Source: the human T2T-CHM13v2.0 reference genome, Homo sapiens. From it: a stretch of DNA of 64,000 nucleotides. Below the pieces are notes generated by a model. The model searched no databases. It was not told the DNA's origin and worked only from the letters and a program-made list of their open reading frames with translations. Shown piece after piece: positions 44,789 through 63,175 of the stretch. A program made the position numbers and the translations under genes. Where the stretch lies: NCBI RefSeq assembly GCF_009914755.1, contig NC_060925.1, one strand, 5' to 3'. Each line of letters starts with the position of its first letter. Positions within the stretch are counted from its first letter, which is position 1.

Positions 44789-45737
44789 CGGATACTTCTG
44801 TTTTTAAGATAGCAGAAAAGGAAACAAAGATAAGTGAAAATTTTAAAAAAATAATTAAGAGAAAATTTGAAGCGGAGATAGGGTGAGTCAAGAGAGTTTA
44901 TGTATGATGTATCTTATTCCAGCAAAGAGAAGAAGCCCCCTTCCCTTAAAAAGGGGCTGAAGATATGAGAAAAATTAAAAATGTTTGGTATAACTGGTAT
45001 GAAGGATTCAATAGGGAGTAAATAGATGAATGACAACATTGCCAAGAAATACTGGGACTGAAACATTAATTTGTAGTAAGCTCAATTGGCATAATTTACG
45101 ACTTTCTCTAAATAAAGCTTCCATCATAGAAGAGATGTTTTGAAAGTTGTTGCAGTAGGTAACCCAGATTTGGAAAATGATAAGTAGTCTTTGGCAGAAA
45201 GCAAAACTGTGTAGTATAGTAAAACCTCATTATTAAAGTAGCCACAATTGGGAATTTGAGAGGGATTAGGTAAGTTCTTTCTACAGTCTTAAAGAAAAAG
45301 CACAATTAAAACTGTGCTTTAGAAAACTTAATGTGACAGTAATGAGAGGTGGATTTGAAAGGGGAGAAACTATAGGAAAAAAGCCAAATTAAGGGGCTGT
45401 TGAAAGGCTGTAAAATGACTCTGATTACTAATTTTACTCAAAAGTAAAAATATTTCACTATTTAAAGTGACCAGTCCTCTTACATTTGTCCAAACAAGTG
45501 ATGTTTAATTACTAAATTGGATAATGATAGACATTTTATTTGTAATATGGTCAAAGTCCATTATAACACACTGCAGATTGTCCTGGTAGTTACTTTAATT
45601 AAATGCCTTTTGAAATAAGAGGGCTATTGAACAAAACCTGTAAGTCTATTCGTTGTTAAGAGATGTTTAAAATAAATCCCTTACTATAATGGGATTGAAT
45701 TTATGGGACAAAAGCTTAAAGCTTTATTAAATACTGA

Positions 45738-45932
<195 letters not shown>

Positions 45933-46598
45933 TAAAATGTTCTTTTCTATTTTTTTAAATCCCCAGAAGTATATAGAAAAATTAGAATTCTTTGTAAGGT
46001 GATCTGATAAATTTGAAGAAGCACTGAAATATAATTTTAAAAATTTATTTAACTATGTTTTAAAAATATTTCAAATTAAATTCATGAAAGAAAGTCTTCT
46101 CCTGAAAAGTTTCTTATACAAATTTGGTTGGCCAGAATTTTCCCAATAAATAGATGTGAATATTTTCCCTGCAAAGTAAAAAAGTGATATAAAAAAGTTA
46201 ATAAGTCATATAAAGTCATAAAAATAAGTCATGTAATGACATTTTTAAAATACGGAATTTACATGACTTCCTTGAAGGAGATAGTTTATATAGAGAATGT
46301 GGCTCATGAGGAAACTCAATTAGGTGGTAGCAGGAAGAGCAATCTGGAAAGGAATTGCAGGAGGAGTTATAGGTGAGGAAGAAGACCCAGGACTCTGTAG
46401 TTTTATGGATGCTAAGGGAGGAGATAGCATCAGGAAAAATTGAGTGTAATGAATATCCATTACAGACAGCATTGAAAATTCTAGTTTTTTGTTTAATTTA
46501 TAATCTCAGACTAGTGGGATTATATTTTAATTGTTTCCAGTACACCACTCTTGGTTTTCCTCCAACTTTACTCCTCTCCTGATTTTCTCAACCTCTAA

Positions 46599-46890
<292 letters not shown>

Positions 46891-47498
46891 GAACTCATTT
46901 GTGTTTTTGAGAGTGAAATAGGATTATGGATGGAATTTGGCACTATAAAAATATAATATCCTTTTTATATTTTTTATATTGAACATTGACGGTTTTAATT
47001 CTTTTCTAGCAATCTAGACAATAGGTCTGGAACATACATGTTGAGATCTGTAGTTCTTATGGGACAAAAATTTAAAAGCATTTCTGTTTTCAGCTTGGTA
47101 TGGAAATGAATCACTTAGCTAGTGAGACTAGATGAACAATGAACACTTGTGTCTTAATTTTGTAATCTTAATCATATTCCCTGTTCATAAGATGAGGAAA
47201 TCGTATGCTTTAATGTACTTTGAGAATGTTTGCACCTTGCAGATTTTTAGATTTTACTTTTAAAAGCATACCTTTTTTTTTTTTTTAAATTGAACCTTAT
47301 GTAAGGCCGAGGTAATTAAATCTTTGAATTATGCAGAGAATAAACAAATAAATGAACAAGCAAACCATCAGAGGGACAAAAGAGTAGTAGTTTGGCAATG
47401 AGATGTATGCCTGCCTGTAAATTCACGTTTCTGAGGAAGTATATAAGGTTTGTTTAGTTGAAGATAGAAAGAGAAAAGACAATGATACTGCCATTATT

Positions 47499-47534
47499 GA
47501 ATGAATGAATGAATGAATGAATGAATGAATGAAT
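47499..47534. repeat. (GAAT)n microsatellite, ~9 units
   Basis: Read directly. Confidence 0.95.
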
Positions 47535-49229
47535 ATTTTGAGAATATGCTCAGGACACTAAGCCAGATGGAGAAGATGGATTCTTTTTCCTAAAATAGGT
47601 AACTAAGCCCTCTATCTTTATGCATCTTACCTTTGTGGAGAATACATTTTCAGTAATAAATCTAGTGACATTTTCTCAATCTTCATTCAATTCTATCCTA
47701 AATGTAATAATATATTTGCCTTTAGCCTCATTCCATCTCCTGAAACTGGGTTTTTGTTTGTTTGTTTGTTTGGCTTCTCTGAAATGGTACGCCTATACTT
47801 GCATTTCTGATTGTCCCTTTGGTAGTTTGTCAATCCTTGCTCACTCTCTTGGCTATCTCATCCACTGCCATGTCATATCTGTCTTCTCTAGGAAGATAAG
47901 TTCAGATTTCACCTAAACTCTAGATCCCTTTATTCTATTGACTGTTAGACATCTCTACTGATACAATATCACTGTTACCCACTTCCCTAAATTATTTTTC
48001 TTGTGCTTGTTATTTTGCTTATTGGTGTTACCATTCTTCCATTTAGGGTTGCTTATTCTTTTATCAAAAGTTTGTGTCTACTATGTGCCTGCTGGCCACT
48101 GTGCTAGCTCCTGGAAAAGGAGTGCATGAATGAGACACAATTTCTTGTCTTCAAGGTCATCAAGGTTTGGTGATCATCAAGTGATTGGAAAGACAGATGT
48201 GAATAATTATAACAGTATGATCAATGCAACAATGGAAGTATACATACAATAATTCTGTTAGAGGGGGCTCAAATCCTTGAAGTAATCATTACATTCTGAT
48301 AGTTTTATCCTAATTTTTTTTTTTCTGAGACAACTTTCTCTCTCAGAACCATCTTAAAATTGCTGGCTTGAGAAACAGGTGTTTCCTGACATGATTAGGT
48401 ATTCAAGTAGATCCTGCTAAAGATATTATAGAAAGGATTCCTGCAGTGGATACAAAGGTAGACCACAGAATCTTTCAGTTGAGCATGAACTTTCAGTCCA
48501 TGCCATTCCAAAGTTCCAGAAAGCTAAGAATAGTTCATAATGACTAAGGAAGACAGTGTCTAGTAATTAATAATTACCAATATTAATGTAGCAATTTCTT
48601 CAAGATACATTACAGGATGTTTTATGTTATCCTAATAACCTTATATGTATAACTGCATTCGAGTCTTTTGAAGAGTTAACCATTTGTATCAAGTCAAATC
48701 TAGTTATTAATCATAACAGATAATTACTGAGCTCCCTATATATGCTAGGCACTGTGGCTACCACAGTGAATGAAGAGCATATGGTTGAGCAGGGGAGTGG
48801 ACTTGTAAATAATGCATCATTTAATGACAGTGTGGTAAGTGTTATGCTGGGGTAGTTCTGCCTAGGGGAGTGAGTCTTGGAGACATTAGACCTGAATTAT
48901 TATGAATAAGCATTTTCTAAGAAGCAAGGAAACTGTGGACAGAGGGAATAGTATCTCTAAAGACACTGTCAAGAAAGTGTATGTTGTGTTCACTGATTGG
49001 AGTGGCTGAATTATAGATTGGGTGGCATGAAGTGGGAAGGATGAGTTTGGAGGGACCATATTATGAAGGGCCTTTTAATAATGATTAGTAATTATTTTTC
49101 GTTTATAGGCAATTAAAAACAAAAAAACAGGAGCATGGCTTTGGACTATTAGTAGAAACTTTAAATCCAAAACTAGCTTATGTCTCTATAATAGCATTTT
49201 AAAAAATGTACACATTAAAAGTTAAGATT

Positions 49230-49803
<574 letters not shown>

Positions 49804-50142
49804 AGTTAATATTTGTAGTCTAGTTTACATATCCTGTCTAAATTCATTTCTGATTTATTGTAAAGTAGACTATATCTATAAATATATAGGATAAAGAGGA
49901 AACCAAGAACTCCCTGCATTTAATGTAATTTCCCTTTGTAAAGCATCCTATAAAAATTGGTCCTGAGTTTTGCTTATTATTATCTTGGATTTTAAACTAA
50001 ACTTTACCTTGGTTTAACATGACAGAATAAAATATTCCTTTCGTATGTTCAACTAAAGAATTAAGGCCTTTTGTTATTGAATGTATTGTATACAAAATCC
50101 CTATTAAGGTGAAATACAGAACTTAAAATAGCTTTGCTTTGG

Positions 50143-50390
50143 AAGACAGTATAGTGCAGTCGATGAGAGTGCAGGCTGTAGAGTTAGACATACCTGGGTT
50201 TGATCCTCTTGAAGTTGTGGGACTTTAGACAAGTTATTTAAATTCTTTAAAACTGTTTCCTCATGTGTAAAAAATGAATACTAATACATCTTCATAGATT
50301 TGCTGTGACAACTCAATGAAATAATGCATATAAAGCACTTAGCCAGATACCTGGAATGTAGTAAGTACTCAAGATTTGTTAGCCGTGTTA
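50143..50390 (+). mobile_element. MIR just upstream of the last exon
   Basis: gttagacatacctgggtttga...acaagttatttaaa...tgtttcctcatgtgtaaaa...taaagcacttagc. Confidence 0.75.
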
Positions 50391-50466
50391 CTGGAACATT
50401 TTTCCCCACATTATAATTGTTTTTATAGTAAAGAAATAGAAGGAACTTGTTCTGCTTTTAATCTGA

Positions 50467-50592
<126 letters not shown>

Positions 50593-51842
50593 TTGTATAC
50601 TATCTTTAACTGGTTTTTCACGATGGGGCACTAGGAATCTCGACATTAATCTTGCACAGAGGACTTCTACAGAGTCTGAGAAGATATCATCATGCTGAAT
50701 CTGATCATACTGTTTTTTAAAAGTTTAAGGATAAGACATGTGTATATGTAACAAAACACATTGCATCTAGAAATCAAAACTTGAAAGTATTTCCAGGGAT
50801 TAGGATTAGAAGGAATATTAGAGGAAACTTGAAATCTGAGTTTAAAAAGATTTTACCTTTTTGATTGCTGCAGAAATGTCCTATGCACTCTTTGCAAGAG
50901 CACACAACAAATGTCAGATACCAATTTTTGCAAATTAGATTTAATCTTATTAAATGTTTTTATCTTACTCTTTCTGTACAGATATATCAAATCACATGAA
51001 ATATTTAAAGTTTGAAAATTATAATTACCTATAAAGCTGTGAAAAATAGAAGTATAATTTGAAAAAACATTTCACTTATCAGAGATTTTTATATTTATAC
51101 AAAAGATTACTAAATGAAGGATTGCTAAATGTTTTTGGTTCAATTACATAAAAATTAATATTCTGGGTCTGATCTGTCAGAGAATAAATATCAAATCTAA
51201 ATTTAATGTAGAGATACATACTATTTCTCCATATGAATTTTAAGATATTTTAGTGCTTCAAGACTGCTGAAAGCAATCCAGTTGCTCCTGTGCTAGATGG
51301 TAGCCAGAGAATTTTATAGTAATGGAGGTTAGCCCTTAATCTCTTCATTGCATTTCATTTCTGTAAATCAGATTAAGTCCTTAATATTATTTTAAATTAA
51401 AATTTGTGTGTAATTGCCATTAAATTTTCAAAATGTAATTTAAAAGGATTAAATACTCATTTAATAATTTAAAATAATTATTGTATAATATCTACATTTG
51501 GAGAATTTTGAACTATCAAGCATATACTGTATACAGTTAGAAAGTTATTAAATGAACATTTTACTCATTGATCTGTAAAAACTTCTTTAATCTACAACTG
51601 TTTACAAAAACAACATTCAAACAAATAGTACAGATGTCAGTGACAGAACAAAATGACTTTTCTTGGAGACATTCCAGATTGCCATATTACTTTATTTTAA
51701 ACAGCGCTATGACTTTAAATCCAAGGCTGCTCGGAAGATTTTTTTAGGTCTCTCATAAGCCTATTCTTCCCTGATCACATGAGTGGGAGAGGTAGCCAAA
51801 TTTTGAATTCCCTTTCTGTGTTCCCACAAGAGCTGCTGAGAA

Positions 51843-52898
<1,056 letters not shown>

Positions 52899-55800
52899 TA
52901 TACTGTATATATTTTTAAAGACTGTTCTAATAGATATAAAAACTGTAAAAAATAAGTATTTTTATATAGCTCTCATGGATTTTATTAAACAGAATTGGCT
53001 CAAAAATACTATGTTACAGACTGTTGGGTACCCTTGCCTAACGTGAACTGGCAGTGTTACCTTGCTTTTGCAGTAATAGTCTACAGATTGCAGGTCTCAT
53101 CAATTCCATCCAAAGTTTAAAAGCATTTAAAATTACCAAATCTTTAAAATCACTTTGGTGGTGATTCCAAATTGGTACCAAGCAAACTTTCTGGATGCCC
53201 AACATGATTTTCAGTAACCACCCTTTAGAGTATTTGTTTACTAAGTTCACCACATTTTGAACATGGTAGTTTTAGACTGCAATAATATTTAGACTTACAT
53301 TATTACTTACTGCTAAGTAAAATCTAAATCCTGCAAATGCACAGAATTCAAGCTGAAATATAATGATTTATGTTTAGCTCACATTGAAGTATTGGTTGGT
53401 TACTTATGTATTAATGCAGTGTGCATTCACATTTAATCAGGTTTAGTCTGTTTCTATTTTAATAATTTTAAAAAATTATACAAGCAAATTAGATATTAGA
53501 CATGTTAGTTACAATGGTAACACATTTTTAGGTGTCGAAACACAATTTTCAAAATTCCTAATGAAAGTTATAAAAATGTAAACAAGAATTGTAAAAATGG
53601 ACAAAGTAGTCAAATATATTTTCAAAGCACAATTTTATTAGACAGGCATAATTTACATTTTGCTTTTCTAGTGGGTTTGAAAATGTTTATTGGAGATTGG
53701 GCTATGTAGTTTATAATTTTTAATTCATAAAAAAGTAATCATACATGAGAAGGTAGACCTGTGCCCTAGGATCATGTCACATATACAGATAATGCCATTT
53801 CCTTGTGTGTGTGATGTGTGTTTTGATGACCTCCACAGGCCTTACTGTATCAAGCTTTTATAATGATGACTCCTTCATTATTTAAATTCCTATACTTTTT
53901 ATTTGTTATCACGCAACTACTTTGTTCAATGTGAAAATGTGCTAACTCATGGGAGAAGAGTGCCAATTGATAGTTCTTTTAGCAATTAAGAATATGGTAT
54001 TTGGGAAGAAAAGTTTGAAATGCAACAAATGGATATTTCAACACAGTAGTATTATATTATCAGTTCTTTAGTAAGTGATTTTAGAGATGTTGTAGGCTAC
54101 TTTTACGGTGGAATATATAGTATAGAGATGCAAAACTTAAATGTTTACATCAATTTATATTGAATGTCACATAATTTCATGGAAGGAAAGGTAGCTTGAT
54201 ATTTAGATTCTAAGATATAATCTGAAAGGAAACTAATTATGTTCTCTACACTTACTGTAATACTGATTATTCTTACATATCAAATTATTGAACTTTAAAA
54301 ATTTCATTGTATAGTCATTAAACTGAGTTGGGTTTTTTCTTAAAGGGTTTAGCATCACTCATTTGATTTACACATTCACATTATAATATTTAATTATCAT
54401 GGGTGTATGCTTTACATAAAAAAGGTTTATAAAAGTTATTTATGCTATATTGAAAGTCATCTTAAGAATCTCCAGGTTATTTAAAGTAGTTATAGGAGCA
54501 GAGAACAAGCACCTTTATCAAAATCTGGTCCTATGTGCCTTGCTTTACCAAATACCTGATTTTTCTGGAGGGTGTTCCTGTAATTCACAACTGTAGACAC
54601 ATGGGCAAAATTAGGATTTTTAAGAATAAATACATTTCTATTTTTTTGGTTGTTTCAACATTAGCTCTTCAAATTCATTAACAAAATTAAAATAGGTATA
54701 TTACAAAAGCATAAACATTTGTGAACAGTACTTAAATAAATTGTGATACTATTGCTCCATCATTGAACTTTTTGAAACTTTAACAATTGTATAAAACTGT
54801 CAGTTTGTTGTTTCATTTGTAATTACAAAATAATTTAAAAACTTTTTAAAATAATTTGGATCCTGACTTTGTCTATATCTGTATTTCATTTGTTTAGAAA
54901 GATTCTTTTGGGTTTGATAATGTAATTTGTATATTTAAATTTTTTATGGACATAATTCAAAGGAATGTATAAATTGGTCTTTTGTTAAATGGCTTTTTAA
55001 TTGATAAACTTCTCTTGTCATTTTTTGGTATCCAGCTATTACCTATTTAATAGATTTATTGAAATAGATTATTTTCATAAAGAACTCTATACAAATCTTT
55101 TTCTATATTTCCTTATTTTCCTATTTACCTGTGTCTATGACCTAACCTATGAATTAGTCTTCTCTCTTTATATATCAAAAATGAATTACTGATCTTTTTC
55201 TCTGGCTCTGTAGTATCTCTATCACTGTCACATGTGATCTTTCTTCCTTTTCTCTAGCCCATATTCTAGCATGAAATACTGGGTTGGCCAGGTGCAGTGG
55301 CTCATTCCTGTAATCCCAACACTTTAGGAAGCCAAGGCAGAAGAATCGCTTGAGCCCATGAATTTGAGGCCAGCCTGGGCAACATAGCCTTGTTTCTACA
55401 AAAAATCTTAAAAATAAAATTAGCCAATATGTGGGCATGCACCTGTGGGGCCAGCTACTCAGGAGGCTGAGGCAGAAGGATTGCTTGAGCCCAGCAATTT
55501 GATGCTGCAGTAAACCATGATGACACTACTGGACTCTAGCCTGAGTGACAGTGAGACTCTGTCTCAAAAAACAAACAAAACAAAAACTGAAACAACAAAA
55601 AAAGACTGGGTTTATTTAAGCTAGTTAGAATTTATCTTTCTATATGTTAATAACAGCCTAACAGATTTTTTGTTTTAAATATCTCTAGGCTAGCCTCAAG
55701 GTTAAGTAATTATAGAAGTTTGGTATGTATTTTCTTCATAATTTGAATATAATTGCTTCCATTGTGACTGTCAATTGAATGCATGGAGATCAATTGTGAT

Positions 55801-56085
55801 AATATACAGGATTTTAGTCCTATCTCTACTGCTGAAGTAACCTTACACAAAATACTTTGTAAAAAAATCACTAAAGTGCCAGCATTTTTAAAGTGTATAT
55901 TTTTCTTTGGCAACCTCTCATGAAAAGCACTAACTAAAAATATTTAATAATCTTTTTTGTATTACAGTGCTTCTTTTGTTGGAAATATATCACAATCCTC
56001 AAGTTCCACTGCTATGCAAAAGTATCTTAGAATCTGAATCTTATAGATAATACTACCTTTTTTTTTTTTTTTTTTTTTTTTTTGA

Positions 56086-56376
<291 letters not shown>

Positions 56377-56894
56377 TGATAGTGACCAGCATTAGTAATC
56401 ATACTGGTGGGGTTTTTTGGGGTGTTTTTCTGTTTTGTTTTTTGTTTTTTGTTTTTGAGACAAGGTCTTCCTCCCGTTGCCTAGGCTGGAGTGCGGTGAC
56501 ACAATCTTGGCTCACTGCAGCCTTGATAGAGCAAGCTCAAGTGATCCTCCCAGGAGCCTCGGCCCCCAAGCAGCTGGGAATACAGGTGCGCGCCACCATG
56601 CCCAGCTGATTTTTGTATTTTTTTGTAGAGATGGGGTTTTGCCATGTTGCCCGGATTGGTCTCAAACTCCTGAGCTTCAGTGATCTGCCTGCCTTGGCCT
56701 CCCAAAGTGTTGGGATTACAGGCGTGAGCGACCACACCCAGCCCATATTGGTCTTTCTTACTGTTCTTAAAAAGAGAATTCCTTTAAGGCAGGACCGATT
56801 ACATATACACTCTAGAAAAGAAAATAGCAAGGAAGAAATAAATTGCCTTCAATTACCAAAGATTTGAGCTTCTGCTATGGCTGAGAGTGTTTTG

Positions 56895-57458
56895 GTCATT
56901 GCAAATTCAGGGGTTTCCCAAGTTCACCCTCAGTTCTGGCTAGAAAGAGAAAACTTACTAAAAGCTATTATACTCACAGTCATATTTATTACAGAGAAAG
57001 GAAATACAAATTAAAACCAGCCAAAGGAAGTGACACATAAAACAGAGTCTAGGAGTGGTCCAAACTTGAGGCTTTCGGTGTCCTTTTCTTGTAGCGTCAT
57101 GGAAGGTGTTATCTACTCCTGACCACAATGTTTGACAGTACACACATAGTATTGCCATTCAGGGAAGCTCACCTAAGCTTTGGTGTCCAGATTTTTATTG
57201 AGAGAGGCTCTATTAGTTGGCATGGTTGGTTGATTTTTTTGCCCATGTAGTTGTCCTCTCTTTCCAACATCTGCCCCTCCCTGGAGATCTGGTTGACATC
57301 AAGACTTCAGGGCCTCACCATAGGTTATCTCGTTAGCATAAACTGTCAAGTGTTGTCTAAGGAACCCACAATGAATAATAAAGACATTCCTATCAGTGAG
57401 AACTCCCAAAGACTTACACCAGAACTTTCTTTGGATGGGCCAAATTTCTTACTACACA
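56895..57458 (-). mobile_element. MER21-like LTR
   Basis: aagctattatactcacagt...aaccagccaaaggaag...agggaagctcacctaagctttggtgtccaga...ggccaaatttcttactacaca. Confidence 0.65.
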
Positions 57459-57490
57459 AAGACCATTCATCTCTATACACTTCCTTCTGA

Positions 57491-57856
<366 letters not shown>

Positions 57857-58490
57857 TAATTTATACATTGTCATTTTTAATTTTAGAATATCTGTCAAAT
57901 GATTCTGAACATAACATGAATCTAGTGTGGAAAAATGTTTATAATCAGATATTGTGTTAAGAACATATATATATATATAGAGAGAGAGAGAGCATAGTAT
58001 TGTCATTTAGTTTTCACTTCTTATGTTTAATGACAACTTTATAAATGCTGGACTATTTTAAACTACAAATTTAAAACATGGTTTATAAACCTTTTACCTG
58101 TACTGCATATTAATAAACAATTTTGAACTAATTTTAAATTAGGCATTCCTATCACCATTATAAGGAAGAGCTAAAACCTGATACCAGTTGTTATTTTGGC
58201 TCACAGTAGGGCTTCACTAGTGTTAGGATCACATTTTCCTCCCTTGGACCTGAGAATCAGGTGTTTTTCGTTTAATGCATTTATTTTCATTCATTCATTT
58301 AGGATTTCTAAAATGTTAGAGGTAATTTGTTTAAAACAAATAACATGGTGTTCTTTTGGAAATATACAGTTTATCTTAGATATACACTTTCCTCATTTTA
58401 AAGGTAGAACTCACTGCAGGTTTAAAAGAATAATGAATATTGTTACAGTGTTTAGTGATAATCACTGAAAATTCACGTTAAAATATACTT

Positions 58491-58710
58491 TAAGCTTGTC
58501 CAACGCGCGGCCTGCAGGCTGCATGCAGCCCAGGATGGCTTTGAATGTGGCTCAACACAAATTTGTAAACTTTCTTAAAACAGTATGAGATTTTTTTGCA
58601 ATTTTTTAAAGCTCATCAGCTATTATTAGTTACTGTATTTTATATGTGGCCCAAGACAATTCTTCTTCTTTAAGGGTGACCCAGGGAAGCCAAAAGATTG
58701 GACACCCCAG
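58491..58710 (-). mobile_element. MER30 (hAT-Charlie) MITE
   Basis: aagcttgtccaac...aggatggctttgaatgtggc...gctcatcagctat...ccagggaagccaaaagattggacaccc; terminal inverted repeats tgtccaa / ttggaca. Confidence 0.88.
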
Positions 58711-59598
58711 CTTTAAATGTAGAGTATTTAAGAGGTTCAGTTAAATGTACTAAATCAGACTTGTGTGATTTAGACACAAAATCTGTGTGTGTGTGTGTTT
58801 GGTCTTTTAAAAGATACTGCATGTACAAACATGATTTCTAATAATTGAGGGTTTATTAAGTTTTTCCCTTTAGGCTAAAGTTTTATTTTATTCTGCTTGG
58901 ATAGTAAATACAGCATTTTAAAATGATGATGCTAAGTGCTTTTTTAATATATGCATGCTGCTTCAATAGGTCTTTTAAATATAGCCAAGGCAGGGTAATA
59001 TTTCCTGAGTGATGATAGAATTATAGAAAATCATGAAAGATGTGTGCCCATGTTTCATTTTATAACTGTTCCAGTCATATTGCTATGAATTCTAGAATTT
59101 TAAAACCTGCCACACTTATTTTGGATGTTATATACACATAATGCCTCAAATTTCCATTATTTCATATTATTTTTCTCCATTTCCCTCGTGTCAAGTTTCA
59201 TTTTGTTTTCAATGTTTTGTTTTTATAATATTGCCATTTTAATGGCTTCAATCATGCTATGACAGATTGTGCCAATTTAGCTTTAAAAAACTCATGGGCT
59301 ACCTCCATGAACTCACACATGCGGCATTGTTAAAGAACCTTTTTTAAAATTAAATTTTCTCCAGCTTTTCATTTTGCAGCATACAAAAAAATTGAAAAAT
59401 TGGTATACCACCTAAATCCAACCATTATTAACATTTTGCCACACTAGCTTTATCTCTGTTGGGACACTTTACCCCTACATACTCCAGCATGCGTGACCTA
59501 AAGATATGGACATCTTCTTAATTAACCTCAGTGCCATTATGACACCTAAGAAAATTTAAATTAATTCAGGTCACTTCATCTAAGTTCAAATTCAAATA

Positions 59599-59833
59599 CA
59601 ATTGCCCCTCTGTAAACGTGGGGGATTGGTTCCAGGACCCCCACCTCGTGTATACCAAAATTTGGGCACACTCAAGTCCTTAAGGGGAAACCGCGTATAA
59701 GAAAAGTCAGCCCTCCCTATGGGTGGGTTTCACATCCTGCAAATAACTGTGTTTTCCATCTGCATTTGGCTGAAAAAAAATCTGCATATAAGTGGACCCA
59801 TGCAGTTCAAATCTGTTGTTCAAGAGTCAACTG
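59599..59833 (+). mobile_element. MER8 (TcMar-Tigger) MITE
   Basis: TA|caattgccc...gggggattggttccaggaccc...aagtggacccatgcagttcaa...gtcaactg|TA. Confidence 0.85.
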
Positions 59834-60524
59834 TATTCCCAGTTGTCTCAAAAATGATTTTTTATAGCTTTTTTGTTTTGGAACGAGGGTAAAATCAAGG
59901 TTAATGCTTTGTATTTGATTGTCTCCTTTGGTCTTGAAGTCCCCTTCCTGCACCACCACCTGCCCCTCAATGGCTTTTTTATACCAAGAGACTGAAAATG
60001 CTACCTCTAATGACTTTTCTCCCCATGATAGTACTCTTTGAAGGACCAAAGTTACTTTGCTCCTATTATGTGGTTTGATTTGTTCCCTTTATTCCTTTCA
60101 TGTCCTTTGAACTGGAAGTCAAGTCTATAGGTTTGATTACCTTCAGGTTAAATGTATTGGGTAAAAATATTTCACAGATTTTATATTGTATCATATTAAA
60201 AGGCACAGATAATCTCATTATTAATGTTGGTAATTATTTGGTTAAGATGATGACTACCCCATTGTAAAGGTTATTGTAAAGTTCTCCCTGTGGTAAAGGT
60301 CATTTGTTCACCCTTAGTAATCTATGGAGTAATGTTTTAGCACCAGGAGAATATTCTGTTTCCCAATGCCTTTAGCATCAATTGATGATTCTTGACTGAA
60401 TCATTTATTACACTGGGGTGCAAAATGGTGATAAATTTTTTTTAGTGCTCTAAATTTCTTCTACATTTATTAGTTTATATTCTTTTTTAAAATAAAAAAG
60501 TATATTTCCCTCCTGTTTCTCTAA

Positions 60525-60789
<265 letters not shown>

Positions 60790-63175
60790 TAGCTGGGACT
60801 ATAGGTGCCTGCCACCGCGCCTGGCTAATTTTTTGTATTTTTAGTAGAGATGGGGTTTCACCATCTTGGCCAGGCTGGTCTTGAACTCCTGACCTCGTGA
60901 TCCACCCGCCTCGGCCTCCCAAAGTGCTGGGATTACAGGCATGAGCCACCGCGCCCGGCCACTCTTGTGTTTTTTAAACATGACCACATTAGTCTTTTAG
61001 TCCTTATTTGCTTTAGGCACAAGAAATCTGAGGCTTACCTTATATTTGTCTTGTTCCAAATTTGGATTATCAGCTAATTCTCCAAGGAGCCCTATACCTT
61101 TTAAGGGGAGTGGGATTTATTTAATTTTTTCTTTGGAGTCCTTCTAGCCAGTGAATGGAATTTATTATAGAATCCATTGTTACTGAGCTGTCATTGTTTC
61201 TAGGCCATTTTAGTGGACATAGCTAGGAAATACAATTTTAAAAGATCATGAATTCAAATTAATATTTACAACTAAAATTTAGCAACATGGCCAGGTGCAG
61301 TGGCTCATCCCTGTAATTCCAGCACTTTGGGAGTCTGAGGTGGGAGGATCACTTAAGGCCAGGGGTTCAAGACCAGCCTGGGCAACAGAGTGAGATCCTG
61401 TCTCTACAAAAAAAAAAAAAAAGATAAATTTTTTCGAAAAGTTTTATATGAAAAGTGTACTCTGAAAAAATCTAGCTGTCATACCTATCCCTCCATTCCT
61501 AACCATCTCTTATAAGTAATTATTATCCATCTCTTATAAGTAATTATTATAAGTATTTTCTTAGTTTTCCAATTTATCTTTCATGTGTTTCTTTTTAAAA
61601 AGCAAACAAATATGCATATTGCTGTACTTACTGTGCCTCTTTCACAACATGGGGTCTTTATAAAATTTCTTTGGATGTTTAGAAAGGTTTGTATGCTCTA
61701 ATTTATACTGATAACATTTTATATAATGCATTTAGAGTCCCCAATTTGCTTGTCTAGGCCTCTACTATTTAATTTGACACCTTTAAATGATGTTCTTTGA
61801 CTCTTATCTAATTGTCTATGTGACCGTCAGTGAATATATTATCTGTTCATATTTTCTGTAGTCTTATTTCTTTTTGATTAGAACATATAATATTTACACA
61901 CTATTTTCCCATCCTAATCCCCACCTTTGTAATAAAATTAATTAAAATTTTAAAAAAGTATATTTAATAACCTACTGATACTTACCTGAAGTCTCTCTGG
62001 TCAACTTTTGGCTGGATGAAGCTCTTCTGTAGAGTATTCAAGGAGGGCTTGTAAGTACTGTACAATATTCTCTGAGTTGTGACATGTTTAAAATTTCTTC
62101 TGGAGCCTAGATACTTAAAGTACACCTTGGCCATGTAGAAAATCCTTGACAAACATTTCCTTTTCTTGAGTTTGTCTGAATTTGTGCTTCACTGTTGGGT
62201 TGCTTGATGTTATCATCAAGAAGTGTGGCACCACTTGATTTTTTTCCCTTTTGGAAATGACATTTTGTTTGTTGTTTTTTACCTAGAGACCCAGATAATT
62301 TTTTCTATATTATTTTATCTATGATCCTTTTTATCTCATTTTTGTTCTCATAGCTGTTTTATTCCTCTTCTCTGTATTTCTTACTTTACTTTTATTTGTG
62401 TCTCTCAGGTACCCTGTGATTTAGTTTTCATTTTTAGATGATTTTATCTTTTCAGTATATTGCCTATGTTTGTTCAACTCTCATTTTACATCTTACTATT
62501 GAGTTTAAAAATTTTTATTTGCTGTGTTCTTTTATATGTGCAATTAATGATATTCATGTTGGAGTGTTGTATATTATTTGCCTCTGCTTCATATTGTCTA
62601 GAGGGTAGTATTTTCTATTGATTGAAAAGTTTTCATTTTCTGTTTTTTATAATAGCCTTGTATGGATTTTTGGTGGCTTTTCTATTCATGATTAAATGTG
62701 TAGGATCTTCTTCAATCAGCAATAACAGGTGGCTCTATAGAATGGAGGGTAGAAGGGATGTGGGTGACTTACTCAGTTTTTAGTTAAAGAGGACCCTCTT
62801 CTGTTAGCATGGTGAAGTGCAGTTTCTTTAATAAATTGTGCATGGTGGGGGTGGGATTTGGATTCTGTGATACAATCTTGTTTCTTTAGGAATCTTTTAC
62901 TTTTGGCCACTTGCCTTTCTTTCCAAGGAATCCCACTCCCTTTCAAGGTGCCTCATGAACTGTTTTCATGAACTTTCCAAACATTGGTTTCTGCTTGTTT
63001 CTAAGCCTGATTCTTGGCCTTCTCATTAATTTTCAAAACTTCCAATATCCTTCCAAATAATTCCCTTTTGCTTACGTTAGCGAGTACTAGTTTGTTAGCC
63101 AGTGTTAGTTTCTGTTGATCCTAACCAAAAAACCCTAACTGAGATATCAGTCTCTTAGCGCAAAGTTTGTGAATA

